Shown here: positions 10,373 to 20,124 of the stretch, piece by piece
Position numbering within the stretch: the first letter of the stretch is position 1
Layout of the letters: every line of letters starts with the position of its first letter
DNA from: Candidatus Thorarchaeota archaeon
Lineage (GTDB): Archaea; Asgardarchaeota; Thorarchaeia; Thorarchaeales; Thorarchaeaceae
Assembly (NCBI GenBank): GCA_048884965.1
Contig: JBHLQH010000010.1
Location: forward strand, 51,956-115,955
Reading direction: 5' to 3'
Length of the DNA: 64,000 bases
Program-made: the position numbers and the translations under genes
Notes under the pieces: generated by a model
What the model saw: only the letters and a program-made list of their open reading frames with translations
Database searches by the model: none
Told to the model about the DNA's origin: nothing

Positions 10373-10795
10373 TCACATATCCAAGCATGTTGAGAGTGAA
10401 GAAAGATTCTCAAGAAATCCGTATAGGCATTCATTGCAAACATTAGCATGGTTGCCATGTGATTTTCCAGTAAGCATTTCGACAGCATCTATAAGATCAA
10501 TTGGATTCACAAGTCGATTCTTAATAACTACGTCTTTCCCCTTTGAAATGCAAACAAGCTTGCTCTTCTCAGTTTCGATCCGGAGAAGCTGAAAGCATGC
10601 ATTATTCGACTTTGCCTCGAGAAGTCCTTTTCCAATCGAGTCACCTGTTAAGAGCTCTGGCTCCAACGGGATGTACTCAATGGTGGTTATTTGATCATTA
10701 TTCATACAAAGCATTTCCCCATCTGACTCCTTGAAACATGGACAACCCTTGACAATATCATGGAGGTCCATGCGTTGGATAGAACTTCTCGTCAA
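10373..10795 (-). CDS. Hypothetical Cys-rich protein (possible metal binding)
   Basis: TTG start with GGAGG RBS; contains CPC, CNEC and further Cys residues; convergent with the roadblock operon. Confidence 0.65.
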   Translation of the reverse strand: MTRSSIQRMDLHDIVKGCPCFKESDGEMLCMNNDQITTIEYIPLEPELLTGDSIGKGLLEAKSNNACFQLLRIETEKSKLVCISKGKDVVIKNRLVNPIDLIDAVEMLTGKSHGNHANVCNECLYGFLENLSSLSTCLDM

Positions 10796-10967
10796 ACTAA
10801 GTGCCTCCTAGAATGTATGTATGATTTAGAGTAATAAACTCCCCAAGTAAAATGGTGTAATACTATTTCTTGCAGGATAAATCGTGGCGTTGTGGCTCAT
10901 TCCCACGCAGTTAAATATGATACAGAACTGATATTCCTCTCCTACTCATAGAAAGGAAGGAAATGTC

Positions 10968-12392
10968 ATGTCAGGACTCGATACATCCCACGATCAAGAT
11001 AGCCCTGATCCAAATGAACTGACATGGTTCCAATCTGTTCGATATGTTACAAGGAACTCGAACTGGACCATCTATCTACTTACTGTATGGATCTATAGCT
11101 CTCTCAATGTCCTGTATCAATACTTCAATCTGTTTTTCAGAGACATAGGCATTGGCTATATCGAAGTCGGATTTCTACTTTCAGCAATGTTTGGAATTCG
11201 ACTGCTAGGGAATTTCGTATCAGGATATTTGGCTGATAATTATGACCGTAGGAAACTCTCAGTCTTTACAATGGCTGTGAGTGCATTTGGCTATTTGTTC
11301 CTCGTTGTTGCTGATGGCTTCCTACTTGTATCCATTGCCATGGCGACCATTGGATTAGCATCGTTCACAGGAACAGCTGGAGTAGCCTATCAGATGCAAC
11401 AGGTTGACAGAAAATTCGGTGGAGTTGCTCAGAGTCTTTTCAATCTGGGAGCGTCATTAGGTTTGATCCCGCTATATGTCATCAGCAACCTACTCGGTGC
11501 AGGAATCGAATTCGTAGAAGTTATGCGAATCCTACTCTTGGTTGCCGCGATTCTGTATTTAATTGCCGCTGCTGTCAGGGCATTTGCATTGGAGTCTATT
11601 CCCATACCAAAGCGATATGTTTCCAGTGGCAACCTCCTAAGGGACTTCTTAGCTGAGAATATTAGAGGTTTACGACTCCTTGTCAGAGTTTTCCCAGTCT
11701 TTGTAGGTCTGATTTGTCTAGATGCATTAAGTGATAGCTTCTACCAGTTTGCTAATACCTATTATCTCAACGAAACCCTCGAGTACACGATCGGCGATAT
11801 TAATCTGATGTTCCTCATAACCCTCCTAATCTCAGTCCCACTCACATTATGGCTCGGAAGATTCTTTGACAAGCATGGCGGTAGGAAGATAACCGTGATA
11901 GTATATGGCATCATGCCAATCTCAATCATCCTTCTTATCATGGCACGGTTCATTCCCTACTATACGCCTATCGAATGGGTTGCATCTTTGAATGCAATCT
12001 ATCCAGGACTTGGAGTTCTTCTCACGCTTGCCTTCCTTGCTACAGCTATGAAGTCTATTAATGACACCCTATGGTTCTCCGTTTTAGGAACCTATATTCA
12101 AAAATCCCTCCCAAGACAGGACCTCGGTAAACTCTTCAGTTTGACCAATGTATTGATCCTAGGATTTATCGCAGTAGGTCCTATTCCTGCAGGCTGGATT
12201 TACTCTCTTTGGCAAGGACTACCTCTTCTAGCAATCACACTTCTATTGAATCTCTTGATTCTTATCATTCTGATAGTGAGGAGTATTGAACCGAGAATTA
12301 GTGTGGATGAGCTGGAGGGTGAGCTCAAACATGAGGCTATGATCGACATAGAAATCGTGGATGATAAAGAGCAAGTAGAAGATGTCCTATAG
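10968..12392 (+). CDS. MFS transporter
   Basis: About 12 TM segments; motif A GYLADNYDRRK repeated as GRFFDKHGGRK. Confidence 0.93.
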   Translation: MSGLDTSHDQDSPDPNELTWFQSVRYVTRNSNWTIYLLTVWIYSSLNVLYQYFNLFFRDIGIGYIEVGFLLSAMFGIRLLGNFVSGYLADNYDRRKLSVFTMAVSAFGYLFLVVADGFLLVSIAMATIGLASFTGTAGVAYQMQQVDRKFGGVAQSLFNLGASLGLIPLYVISNLLGAGIEFVEVMRILLLVAAILYLIAAAVRAFALESIPIPKRYVSSGNLLRDFLAENIRGLRLLVRVFPVFVGLICLDALSDSFYQFANTYYLNETLEYTIGDINLMFLITLLISVPLTLWLGRFFDKHGGRKITVIVYGIMPISIILLIMARFIPYYTPIEWVASLNAIYPGLGVLLTLAFLATAMKSINDTLWFSVLGTYIQKSLPRQDLGKLFSLTNVLILGFIAVGPIPAGWIYSLWQGLPLLAITLLLNLLILIILIVRSIEPRISVDELEGELKHEAMIDIEIVDDKEQVEDVL

Positions 12393-12420
12393 CTCATATT
12401 TTATCGAATTCCAATAACCT

Positions 12421-12428
12421 CTTATAAG
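12421..12428 (+). promoter_or_regulatory. Putative TATA box for the TrmB-MEDS gene
   Basis: CTTATAAG about 45 nt upstream of the GTG start, in a short intergenic gap. Confidence 0.45.
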
Positions 12429-12471
12429 GGGAGAAACATTAGTAACTGAAAAGGTTAGCTAGGGGAAGACA

Positions 12472-13884
12472 GTGACTACTCTAGATGATAGTGTCGTTCT
12501 GCTATCAGAATTTGGTCTGACACCTTACGAGGCTAAGGTGTATCTAGTGGCAGTCAAGCTAGGATTAGCTGCAGCTAGCAAGATTAGCAAGGCTTCAGCC
12601 GTTAGAAGAGAGGAAGTCTATAGGACTTTGCCAAAACTTGAGAAAGCTGGTTTGATTGAACGTGTTCTCGGTAGACCTGTAAAGTTTCGGGCAATACCAA
12701 TTGAGGATGCCGTTTCGTTGCTCTTAAAGAGGAAAGAGGAGGCTGCAATAAAAGAACTTCAAGAGCTTACAGGAAAGAAAGAGAAACTAATACGACTCTT
12801 CGAATCCCAAACTCCAAAAACAGATGAGAAAAGTGATGCAGCGCAATTCGTTCTGGTGTCCGAGAAGGATACCGTTGCCATGCGGATGGAATCGCTCATC
12901 GATTCCTCGATTAGCCGCATTGACATTGCTGATTCAACACCAAATGTTGTGAGATTCCTTTTGAATTATGAGGAACACTTAAAGAATGCACTCAAACGAA
13001 ATGTCAAGGTTAGAATTCTAACCGAATACCCAGATGAAGAAGAAGCCTTGCAGCGCATTCTATTGCACAATCTTCCAAAAGATGAGGTCAGACTTCGTTA
13101 TCTTGATGATATCCCTAGTAGGTATGTCCTATTTGATGGAACGGATGTCATGCTGTCTACATCTGCAAAAGGTGCTCTGGATGAGAGCCGATCATTATGG
13201 ACTCAAGATACAAATCTTGTGTCTGTTATTAGGAGGGACTTCGATGAGCAATTCAGTAGATCAGTAGATTGGTACACATACATCTCAACACCAGTTGAGA
13301 ACATCCTCAGATCACTAAAACATCTGAGACCCAGAGATCATGTGGTTCTTTTCTATGATACACCTCAGCTTAAACACGAGATTCTTTTCAACTTCATTAA
13401 AAGCGGTCTTGATCGAGGAGAAGCTGCCAAGTACATTTGCGCTGAAGAAACCCCCTCAGAGATAGCTGATGCCATGAGACAATACGGAATTGATGTCGAT
13501 GCCCATCAGAAGAGTGGGGCACTTGAGATCATTTTGTATACTGACTTCTATATCAAGGATGGCAAGTTCAACGTTCAAGATGTGATGGATAGCTGGCAAG
13601 AGTTCTACAATGAAGCAAGATCTTCAGGTTTCAAAGGACTTCGTGTCACTGGTGAGATGTCATGCTTCATTCAGCACAATCTCACAGAAGATCTCCTAGA
13701 TTATGAACGAGCACTTCATAGTGTGCTTGAGATCCCCATCATAGCCGTTTGCGCTTACAGCTCATGGACTATCGAGGGTGTTGAGAATCCAGTAAATGTA
13801 TATTCTGAGCTAGTGAAAGCACATGGGAAAGTCCTCTATGTTGACGAAGCTAGTGCGGCCGGTTATCTTGAGATTCGAAAGTAG
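12472..13884 (+). CDS. TrmB-family transcription regulator fused to a MEDS (DcmR-like) sensory domain
   Basis: FGLTPYEAKVYL...REEVYRTLPKLEKAGLI (TrmB wHTH); PLD-like effector domain in the middle; C-terminal DHVVLFY...GLDRGE...GLRVTGEM...AVCAY (MEDS). Confidence 0.88.
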   Translation: MTTLDDSVVLLSEFGLTPYEAKVYLVAVKLGLAAASKISKASAVRREEVYRTLPKLEKAGLIERVLGRPVKFRAIPIEDAVSLLLKRKEEAAIKELQELTGKKEKLIRLFESQTPKTDEKSDAAQFVLVSEKDTVAMRMESLIDSSISRIDIADSTPNVVRFLLNYEEHLKNALKRNVKVRILTEYPDEEEALQRILLHNLPKDEVRLRYLDDIPSRYVLFDGTDVMLSTSAKGALDESRSLWTQDTNLVSVIRRDFDEQFSRSVDWYTYISTPVENILRSLKHLRPRDHVVLFYDTPQLKHEILFNFIKSGLDRGEAAKYICAEETPSEIADAMRQYGIDVDAHQKSGALEIILYTDFYIKDGKFNVQDVMDSWQEFYNEARSSGFKGLRVTGEMSCFIQHNLTEDLLDYERALHSVLEIPIIAVCAYSSWTIEGVENPVNVYSELVKAHGKVLYVDEASAAGYLEIRK

Positions 13885-13897
13885 AATCTCACCTCAA

Positions 13898-14140
13898 CTA
13901 TGCCGGTATGTATATCCACTGTCTCATGTCCAAAAGGCACGGAATTCTACGAATTAGTTTCTTCTTCAAAAGTCTTCGGAGGGCATATCTCACGGTTCGG
14001 GGGGCGAAAGGAACTTCATCTAGCAATTGCTTTGGAGTAACGCCATTTGCGCCACGTTCGCGGAGGATCGCCAATACTCTCTTCTGGCTCTTGGTCAGCC
14101 TATGGTTTCTGAGTTCAATTTCTAACTCCTTATCACTCAT
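13898..14140 (-). CDS. Small winged-helix DNA-binding protein
   Basis: LTKSQKRVLAIL...TPKQLLDEVPFAPRTVRYALRRLLKKKLIRR. GGTGA RBS precedes ATG 14140. Confidence 0.85.
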   Translation of the reverse strand: MSDKELEIELRNHRLTKSQKRVLAILRERGANGVTPKQLLDEVPFAPRTVRYALRRLLKKKLIRRIPCLLDMRQWIYIPA

Positions 14141-14355
14141 CAAGATTATCACCTACAATATGATAATTGGTTGAGATAATTAGTACTTAAGCAGCTGTTA
14201 CTGTGAGCGTGAAGCTACAATTCCTTCATCGTTTGTTTGTAAGTTTCAATTTGTATTTGAAAACAAGAATTATCTACAAATCGAAAGCGCAAACCCTGCT
14301 TCAATATGGGAGTTTTTTAGAACGATATCAAATTCTAGTTCGATAGGCGATTCAA

Positions 14356-15129
14356 GTGAAAACATGGGGAAATCTCTGGGATCTTCTTGGTTTGCGTTTG
14401 GTACAGCTCATTGGTGTTTCTGGTGGAGCTCGTGTCCTCGATGTCGGAACCGGAGGGGGTTCAACTCTTATTGCATCCCTAAGATGTGTGGGACCTACTG
14501 GTTATGTCTTCAGTCTAGACAAGGATGAGAAATGGGCTACTCATGTGAATTCCGAGCTTAAACGATTGAATGTTGTAAACGCGGAGGTGAAACACATGGA
14601 TGCAAAGGCAATCGAAATGCCTGATGCGTCGTTCGATTTCGTCATCTCAGGATTCTTGGGTTGGGGGCAGTGTTTCGATTTCTCAAAGATGAGTTTCCAT
14701 TCACCCGATCTAGTCATGAGTGAGATGCATCGTACTCTCAGAGTAGGAGGAAAGCTTGGGATTTCAACTTGGCTCCTCCAAAGCGATACTGAATGGATGG
14801 AGAGCTTTGTAGCATCCTTTGATTTTCCAGCTAAACGTGTCTATTCCAAAGAAAATGAAAAAGGATGGGAAATAATTATGCGCGAATCTCCTTTTGAGAA
14901 GTTCACACTTCTCTCTGAAACGATCGAGTATCCCTATGCTACCAGAGATGAATGGTGGGAGGAGATGCTTGCATATGGATGGAAAGCTCAGATAGATGAG
15001 TTATGCATTGCGAAGAATGTACCAATTGCGAAAGTGAAAGATATGGCATTTGATAGGATTGACGAGAATTGTTCTGAAAATGGCGTTCGATTACCAAGAA
15101 GAATCCTCTTCATCCTTGCGGATAAATAG
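14356..15129 (+). CDS. Class I SAM-dependent methyltransferase
   Basis: VLDVGTGGG, MPDASFDFV and EMHRTLRVGG motifs. Confidence 0.92.
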   Translation: MKTWGNLWDLLGLRLVQLIGVSGGARVLDVGTGGGSTLIASLRCVGPTGYVFSLDKDEKWATHVNSELKRLNVVNAEVKHMDAKAIEMPDASFDFVISGFLGWGQCFDFSKMSFHSPDLVMSEMHRTLRVGGKLGISTWLLQSDTEWMESFVASFDFPAKRVYSKENEKGWEIIMRESPFEKFTLLSETIEYPYATRDEWWEEMLAYGWKAQIDELCIAKNVPIAKVKDMAFDRIDENCSENGVRLPRRILFILADK

Positions 15130-15254
15130 AGGGATCTCGAATGGCGAGTTTCATTTACAGGAGGTTCCTCTCTCCCTCATGTTATCTGGGAGGTGTTTCT
15201 CTTGGCAGATTCTTCTAGGGCAAAGACCTGGAGGGATTCAGTCAGGCTATCTAC

Positions 15255-17435
15255 TTACACAAGCTTCTGAACACGGCTAACAAGTTTCACAAGTTCACTC
15301 TTTGCGATATCTGAAACAGCCTCTGTCATTGGAGCCTTGACTTCTGTAGCTAATACTTTCAACAGAGGGTCATCTCGAATCTGCTTTAGTGTGATATCTT
15401 CTTGTAGAGTCTTCTTTGATTTCTGAGAGAGTTCCTTCACATGCTGACGCATGAGACCCTTAAACATGTCATAATGTCCGAGCTCACCTTCCGCGACCTT
15501 CTTTAAAGATCCCTCTGGAAGCATCTTCGTGAAGACCAAATTGACAAGATACTCACATATCTTCAACCTGAATTGGACTAGACTAGAAGTAGATCGTCCT
15601 ATTTTTAGAATCAGTCTCATTAGATCTTCTTCCTTGTCAATAAGACTCGATACGATCTCGAATTCAGGACCCTCATTTACTATGATTTCATGAACGAACG
15701 GTCGTATATCCGGCGTTAGTCGGTCAGACCCTGTTCGCAAAGAGGTATGGAGTTCTTGATACTTCTTCTGAGACATCCCTGTTGCCCCAAGATTTCGGAT
15801 AACCATCAGTGCCTTCTCGAGACTCTGGCTACCAAAGACGAATGGAAACGTCCTGCATGCCTTGATGGCAGCCAGTGTTTCCCCTGCTTTTACAACACCA
15901 GTATGTGCGAATTCATGTAGGACATCCCATGGCAGGATATTTGATATGATATCAGTCCCACTCAGAACAAGTCTAACAGCCTGATCAGGCATTAGGATAT
16001 TCGAAGGGCGAACGATTCGCTCTAGCTTACTACCTCTCTGTTCCAATACTTGACATAACGTGAGATCATAGGGTTGAATATCTGCGTACAAAGGAGTTGT
16101 TCTATCTATGATCAACCGATCTGTTCCATCATATGCTTGGAAGAATTCCTTGTGTGTGCGAGTAGCATTCACCTCCCATTGTACAATGAAACCATCAGTC
16201 TTCAGCAATCGGTCAGCAGTTCGTAGTCTAGGTCTCTCCACCCACTTTCGATCACCGGTGGGATTCTTCATCCAGGTGAGGAGTCTCTGATGTTGATTCA
16301 CCTCATCTTGCGTAAGTTGTAGTACACCAGTTGTGCTTATGGATTTCATTACATATGTAAGCACATCATCGGTTTCTAATTCACGAGGAATTCTATAGTG
16401 ATTCTGTAACTTGTGCCGCTCGATATCAAATGGTGAATCATATTGCGCAGCTTGTAAGAAATAGATAAGAAAGTCATCCCTAGAAGAAAATGAAGACTGA
16501 ACTTCGTGTCTTGATTTCGTCTTGGTTTCGACATATGACTCTACTTCTTGGAATCGGGTTCCAGATATTCCTAAGAGGATGCGAAAGCGGTCAAGTCTTC
16601 TTTCTTCAACATCAGCAAGTATTTTCTCTAGCTCGGGATGAGATAAACCAATCAAATCCAAAGTAAACTTACCATCTGCTTTCTCTTCAATGGATATATC
16701 ATCAGGAACGACTAGGAGATCATAAGTCAGCTTGACTCCCAACCTCTTCGCAACTGCGTTCAAGATGTAGGTTTCATCAAGGCGTTGAATTCCTCCTTTC
16801 GTCCAAAACCTGTGAAAGAAATCAGTTTCAGCAATCTTGTAATGCGGCACCAAGAGTGGTGTTACTACATCTATAAATCGAGCTGAGTCGTTTAGTATTG
16901 ATTGCATATGCATCAGCCTATGCAAGACAGATCCAGAACCAACCTCCTCTCGTAATCGATTCCGTATCAGATCCAGCTCGGCTTCGCTAGGCTTTTCGGA
17001 TTTTGCAGCATGTACGATTCTATCTCGAAGACTCACTTCAGTGTCCTTCTTTGGAGCTGCAGCTTGCTTCTTTATCTCCTCAATGATTTCTGGCAATCCT
17101 TTTGTGCTTTTGACAACCCTGAGGGAGCCTATAGCCTGATAGATTTCCTCAACTTGTGATGATGAAAGCATTAGGAGAATCTTACCCATATGCTTGCACC
17201 AGCCGATATTGCTACCACCTGTGATCCTAGAACTGGCTCTTACAAAATCTGGACAAACATGACCCACAACACCCATCTCCAAATCGATAGCTATCAGATA
17301 GGGTGATGATCCACTACCAGCAAGTGTAGCCCAGAGGGAGAGTGGCTGCTCTCTGAGAATATGCAAATTGACCTTAGAGTCACTAATCTTCTCAGCTTTC
17401 TTGAGACGACTCGGTTCAACAAAACGTCTTACCAT
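15255..17435 (-). CDS. Large protein with an N-terminal SWIM-like zinc finger
   Basis: GSGSSPYLIAID...GHVCPDF...WCKH. ATG 17435 follows a GGAGG RBS embedded in the end of the VWA gene. Confidence 0.75.
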   Translation of the reverse strand: MVRRFVEPSRLKKAEKISDSKVNLHILREQPLSLWATLAGSGSSPYLIAIDLEMGVVGHVCPDFVRASSRITGGSNIGWCKHMGKILLMLSSSQVEEIYQAIGSLRVVKSTKGLPEIIEEIKKQAAAPKKDTEVSLRDRIVHAAKSEKPSEAELDLIRNRLREEVGSGSVLHRLMHMQSILNDSARFIDVVTPLLVPHYKIAETDFFHRFWTKGGIQRLDETYILNAVAKRLGVKLTYDLLVVPDDISIEEKADGKFTLDLIGLSHPELEKILADVEERRLDRFRILLGISGTRFQEVESYVETKTKSRHEVQSSFSSRDDFLIYFLQAAQYDSPFDIERHKLQNHYRIPRELETDDVLTYVMKSISTTGVLQLTQDEVNQHQRLLTWMKNPTGDRKWVERPRLRTADRLLKTDGFIVQWEVNATRTHKEFFQAYDGTDRLIIDRTTPLYADIQPYDLTLCQVLEQRGSKLERIVRPSNILMPDQAVRLVLSGTDIISNILPWDVLHEFAHTGVVKAGETLAAIKACRTFPFVFGSQSLEKALMVIRNLGATGMSQKKYQELHTSLRTGSDRLTPDIRPFVHEIIVNEGPEFEIVSSLIDKEEDLMRLILKIGRSTSSLVQFRLKICEYLVNLVFTKMLPEGSLKKVAEGELGHYDMFKGLMRQHVKELSQKSKKTLQEDITLKQIRDDPLLKVLATEVKAPMTEAVSDIAKSELVKLVSRVQKLV

Positions 17436-17439
17436 GTTC

Positions 17440-20118
17440 CTACCTCCTGGACATAATCTCACTTACTATCTCTGGGAACCCATCCCAGCTTTTTATTGGG
17501 ACCAATTGGGCTGATGAAGACTCAATGATACTCTGTATGTTCCCGATTCCATATGTGGATGCAGGCACTGCAAGAAGACTGGTCACTCCCATATCTGCCA
17601 TCTCCATCATGTATAGAGTCGACCTATCAAAATCCCCAAGGCAGGCATCAGTGACCATGATTAGCATTTTATCCTGACTTCTGGATTTACCAAATTGATC
17701 TCGAGCCCATTTAAGGGCAGCACTCATCTGTGTGCCTCCTCTAGCTTGAAGTTCAAGGAGCGTATCCATCACTGTATCGATATCAATCTCCTCTCCTATC
17801 TCACATACAACATGAGAATTGGATTCGAACAGTGCAACAGCAAGCTCATCACGTGCGAATGCTGCAAGCAGCATAGATGCAGCAAGTGTTGCTGCACTCA
17901 GTGGCTTTCCAGTCATTGAACCAGAGATATCGACTAAGAATACCACACATCGTCTTCCAGACACCAATCTTCTTACAACAAAATCTTCAGTCGTAACAGC
18001 GTCACTTGATTTACCGGTGGACATGATATAGTCAAGGGTCTCGTCGATATCGATTGTGTCAGGATCATCACCCAAGAAATACGGTCTGATTGTACCATTG
18101 GGTAGAACACCAGCTTCTGATGATCCTACCAGGCTCGAAGCCTTCTTCTTACCTAGCTCGATAGCTACACGTTTGGCTGCCTCCTTGACAGGCTCTCGCA
18201 TCCAAGGTGGGAGTATTCCCTTGTAGTCGAACCAAATCTTCAATAGATTCTCTCCAGAGCCTGCACCAAGACCTTGCTGAAGCAAATCTGCAGCAGATTG
18301 TGGGACGTTCTTGATGACCTCTTGCATATTATGATAGGCAAGTGCTCCTAGCGCACCAGATGTAGAATGCTTGATAGAGAGCGTGGTTAGTTCATTTATC
18401 TCAGCTGATGACAACTCTGCGTTTTCGAGTAATGATTCGATCCGCTCAAACGCAGGATCATCATTCTCAATCAATTCTTTCAAGTAATCGAATAGGCCGC
18501 CAAGGAGTTTCGATATCTCTGCTGTAGACATCCCAAAGTCCTGTCCCATCTGACGAACCTGAGCATTAGAGAATGGAATCCCTTCCCGTTTCGCAGACTC
18601 TACATTCTCTACAAGATCATCTCTGGATGAAGTGCGACTAATTTGTTGGTCCATCCATTGTTTGAGGTTCTCTTTGATATGATCGAATAGTCCCATTTCA
18701 TCACTAAGACTCTTAGTGTCGATGGTCTCCTCAAGTCCTAATGATTGCTGTATCATCATTTCCAGCTGAGATAGATTCTCCATCTGAAGTGCGTCCACCA
18801 CTGAAGGAGCTCCAAGCATGCGTTCCTGATGTTCCATCATCCTTTCAGCAAGCTGCTTTCTTTCTTGCCAGCTTGCATCACCGAGATTCTGGAGTGCATG
18901 ATGAAGGATGTCCAACCATTCTGGAGAGGCAATAGGGTGATCTAATATCTGATGAATTGGAAGTGATTGCAATTCATCCTTCAACTTAGAATAGACATAG
19001 GTCGAAAGATCGCTCCCCAACTGCTCATCAACGGTTCTAGCTTGAGAAAGCGCATCAAGAGCATCTAACGCTTCCATTGTGTTATCGCTAATCTCATTCA
19101 ATTTACTTCTCTCAATTCCCTCTTGGAATAGCTCAGGGTGCTGAAGGATGTCTGCGAGTGTTTGAACATGAGATCGAATGAACTCCTCAACAGCCTCTAC
19201 TACGGTTTGGAGATTAGGTGCATGACCCGCCTTATCGATACGAAGACGATCAAGCAAACGATCGTATTCCAAAGTGGTGTCAAAGGATGCCATGACCTGC
19301 GAAAGGGGAGTAGATTCAGGAATTGCTTTTAATTGACTTTCAGAAGATTCCGAATCTGCAAGGAAGTCTACAGCTAGTGATAGGTCATCTCTTCTCGAAT
19401 ATTTCCGCATATCCTCATTTAAACCAAGAAATTGCCCTTGGGTGACCTTCCTTTTGTCGAACATAGGCAATGACGTTAGTACCTCAGATCGTGCAAGATC
19501 TAGAAGCTTCTCATAGCTCGTGATTTCTCTTTGAAGAATACCACTTCGTCCTCCAGCTAGCTCGAATGCGGTTCGACGAATTGCGTGTTGCAATAATTCT
19601 TCTTTCGAAAGTGAATCTAAATTCTTGGAGAAGAGTTCCTCCTCTATATGTTCAGCAAATTGGAGGGATTGACTGCCGTGCTCTGCAGCTTTCTCGTTCA
19701 AAATCTCCAATAGCTCGAATAGCTCCTGAGGCGTCAGTCGTTTCTTTCGAACCCGAGACCCGCCTTTTCCTCGCGTCCCTTTTTGTCTCCTACCAGGAAG
19801 TATTTGCGTATCCTCGGGATCAACCAATCCAGGAGTTCCAGCCTCATCATCGAAGTACTCACGCTCATCTCCAAGTAAGACTCGTAGGGCAATCATCTCT
19901 GCATATCCCTGGGCCTCCAGAGGCGTGGTGATGATCGCCAATTCTACTAGTTCGGGGAGAGTCAGTTCCAGTCCCGTCTGCAGCTTTCGTGTAAGTCCTA
20001 GGTTCGCAATAGCAATGGACTGGCGTGTCGAAAACAGGTCATCTCTGATATATGCTGGCGGGTCTTCTCTTGCTAGGCGAACGAAGTCAAGCGCGAACTG
20101 CACAATATCTACGCTCAA
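17440..20118 (-). CDS. VWA-domain protein (C-terminal MIDAS), MoxR partner
   Basis: VFLVDISGSM, GGTQM and VTDA MIDAS elements; long helical N-terminal region; no signal peptide. Confidence 0.9.
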   Translation of the reverse strand: MSVDIVQFALDFVRLAREDPPAYIRDDLFSTRQSIAIANLGLTRKLQTGLELTLPELVELAIITTPLEAQGYAEMIALRVLLGDEREYFDDEAGTPGLVDPEDTQILPGRRQKGTRGKGGSRVRKKRLTPQELFELLEILNEKAAEHGSQSLQFAEHIEEELFSKNLDSLSKEELLQHAIRRTAFELAGGRSGILQREITSYEKLLDLARSEVLTSLPMFDKRKVTQGQFLGLNEDMRKYSRRDDLSLAVDFLADSESSESQLKAIPESTPLSQVMASFDTTLEYDRLLDRLRIDKAGHAPNLQTVVEAVEEFIRSHVQTLADILQHPELFQEGIERSKLNEISDNTMEALDALDALSQARTVDEQLGSDLSTYVYSKLKDELQSLPIHQILDHPIASPEWLDILHHALQNLGDASWQERKQLAERMMEHQERMLGAPSVVDALQMENLSQLEMMIQQSLGLEETIDTKSLSDEMGLFDHIKENLKQWMDQQISRTSSRDDLVENVESAKREGIPFSNAQVRQMGQDFGMSTAEISKLLGGLFDYLKELIENDDPAFERIESLLENAELSSAEINELTTLSIKHSTSGALGALAYHNMQEVIKNVPQSAADLLQQGLGAGSGENLLKIWFDYKGILPPWMREPVKEAAKRVAIELGKKKASSLVGSSEAGVLPNGTIRPYFLGDDPDTIDIDETLDYIMSTGKSSDAVTTEDFVVRRLVSGRRCVVFLVDISGSMTGKPLSAATLAASMLLAAFARDELAVALFESNSHVVCEIGEEIDIDTVMDTLLELQARGGTQMSAALKWARDQFGKSRSQDKMLIMVTDACLGDFDRSTLYMMEMADMGVTSLLAVPASTYGIGNIQSIIESSSAQLVPIKSWDGFPEIVSEIMSRR

Positions 20119-20124
20119 GGCGCT

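Noticed and set aside
17440-18000. VWA/MIDAS domain as an integrin-beta counterpart to the FG-GAP protein
   Set aside because: The VWA protein has no signal peptide or TM helix and is coupled to a cytoplasmic MoxR ATPase.
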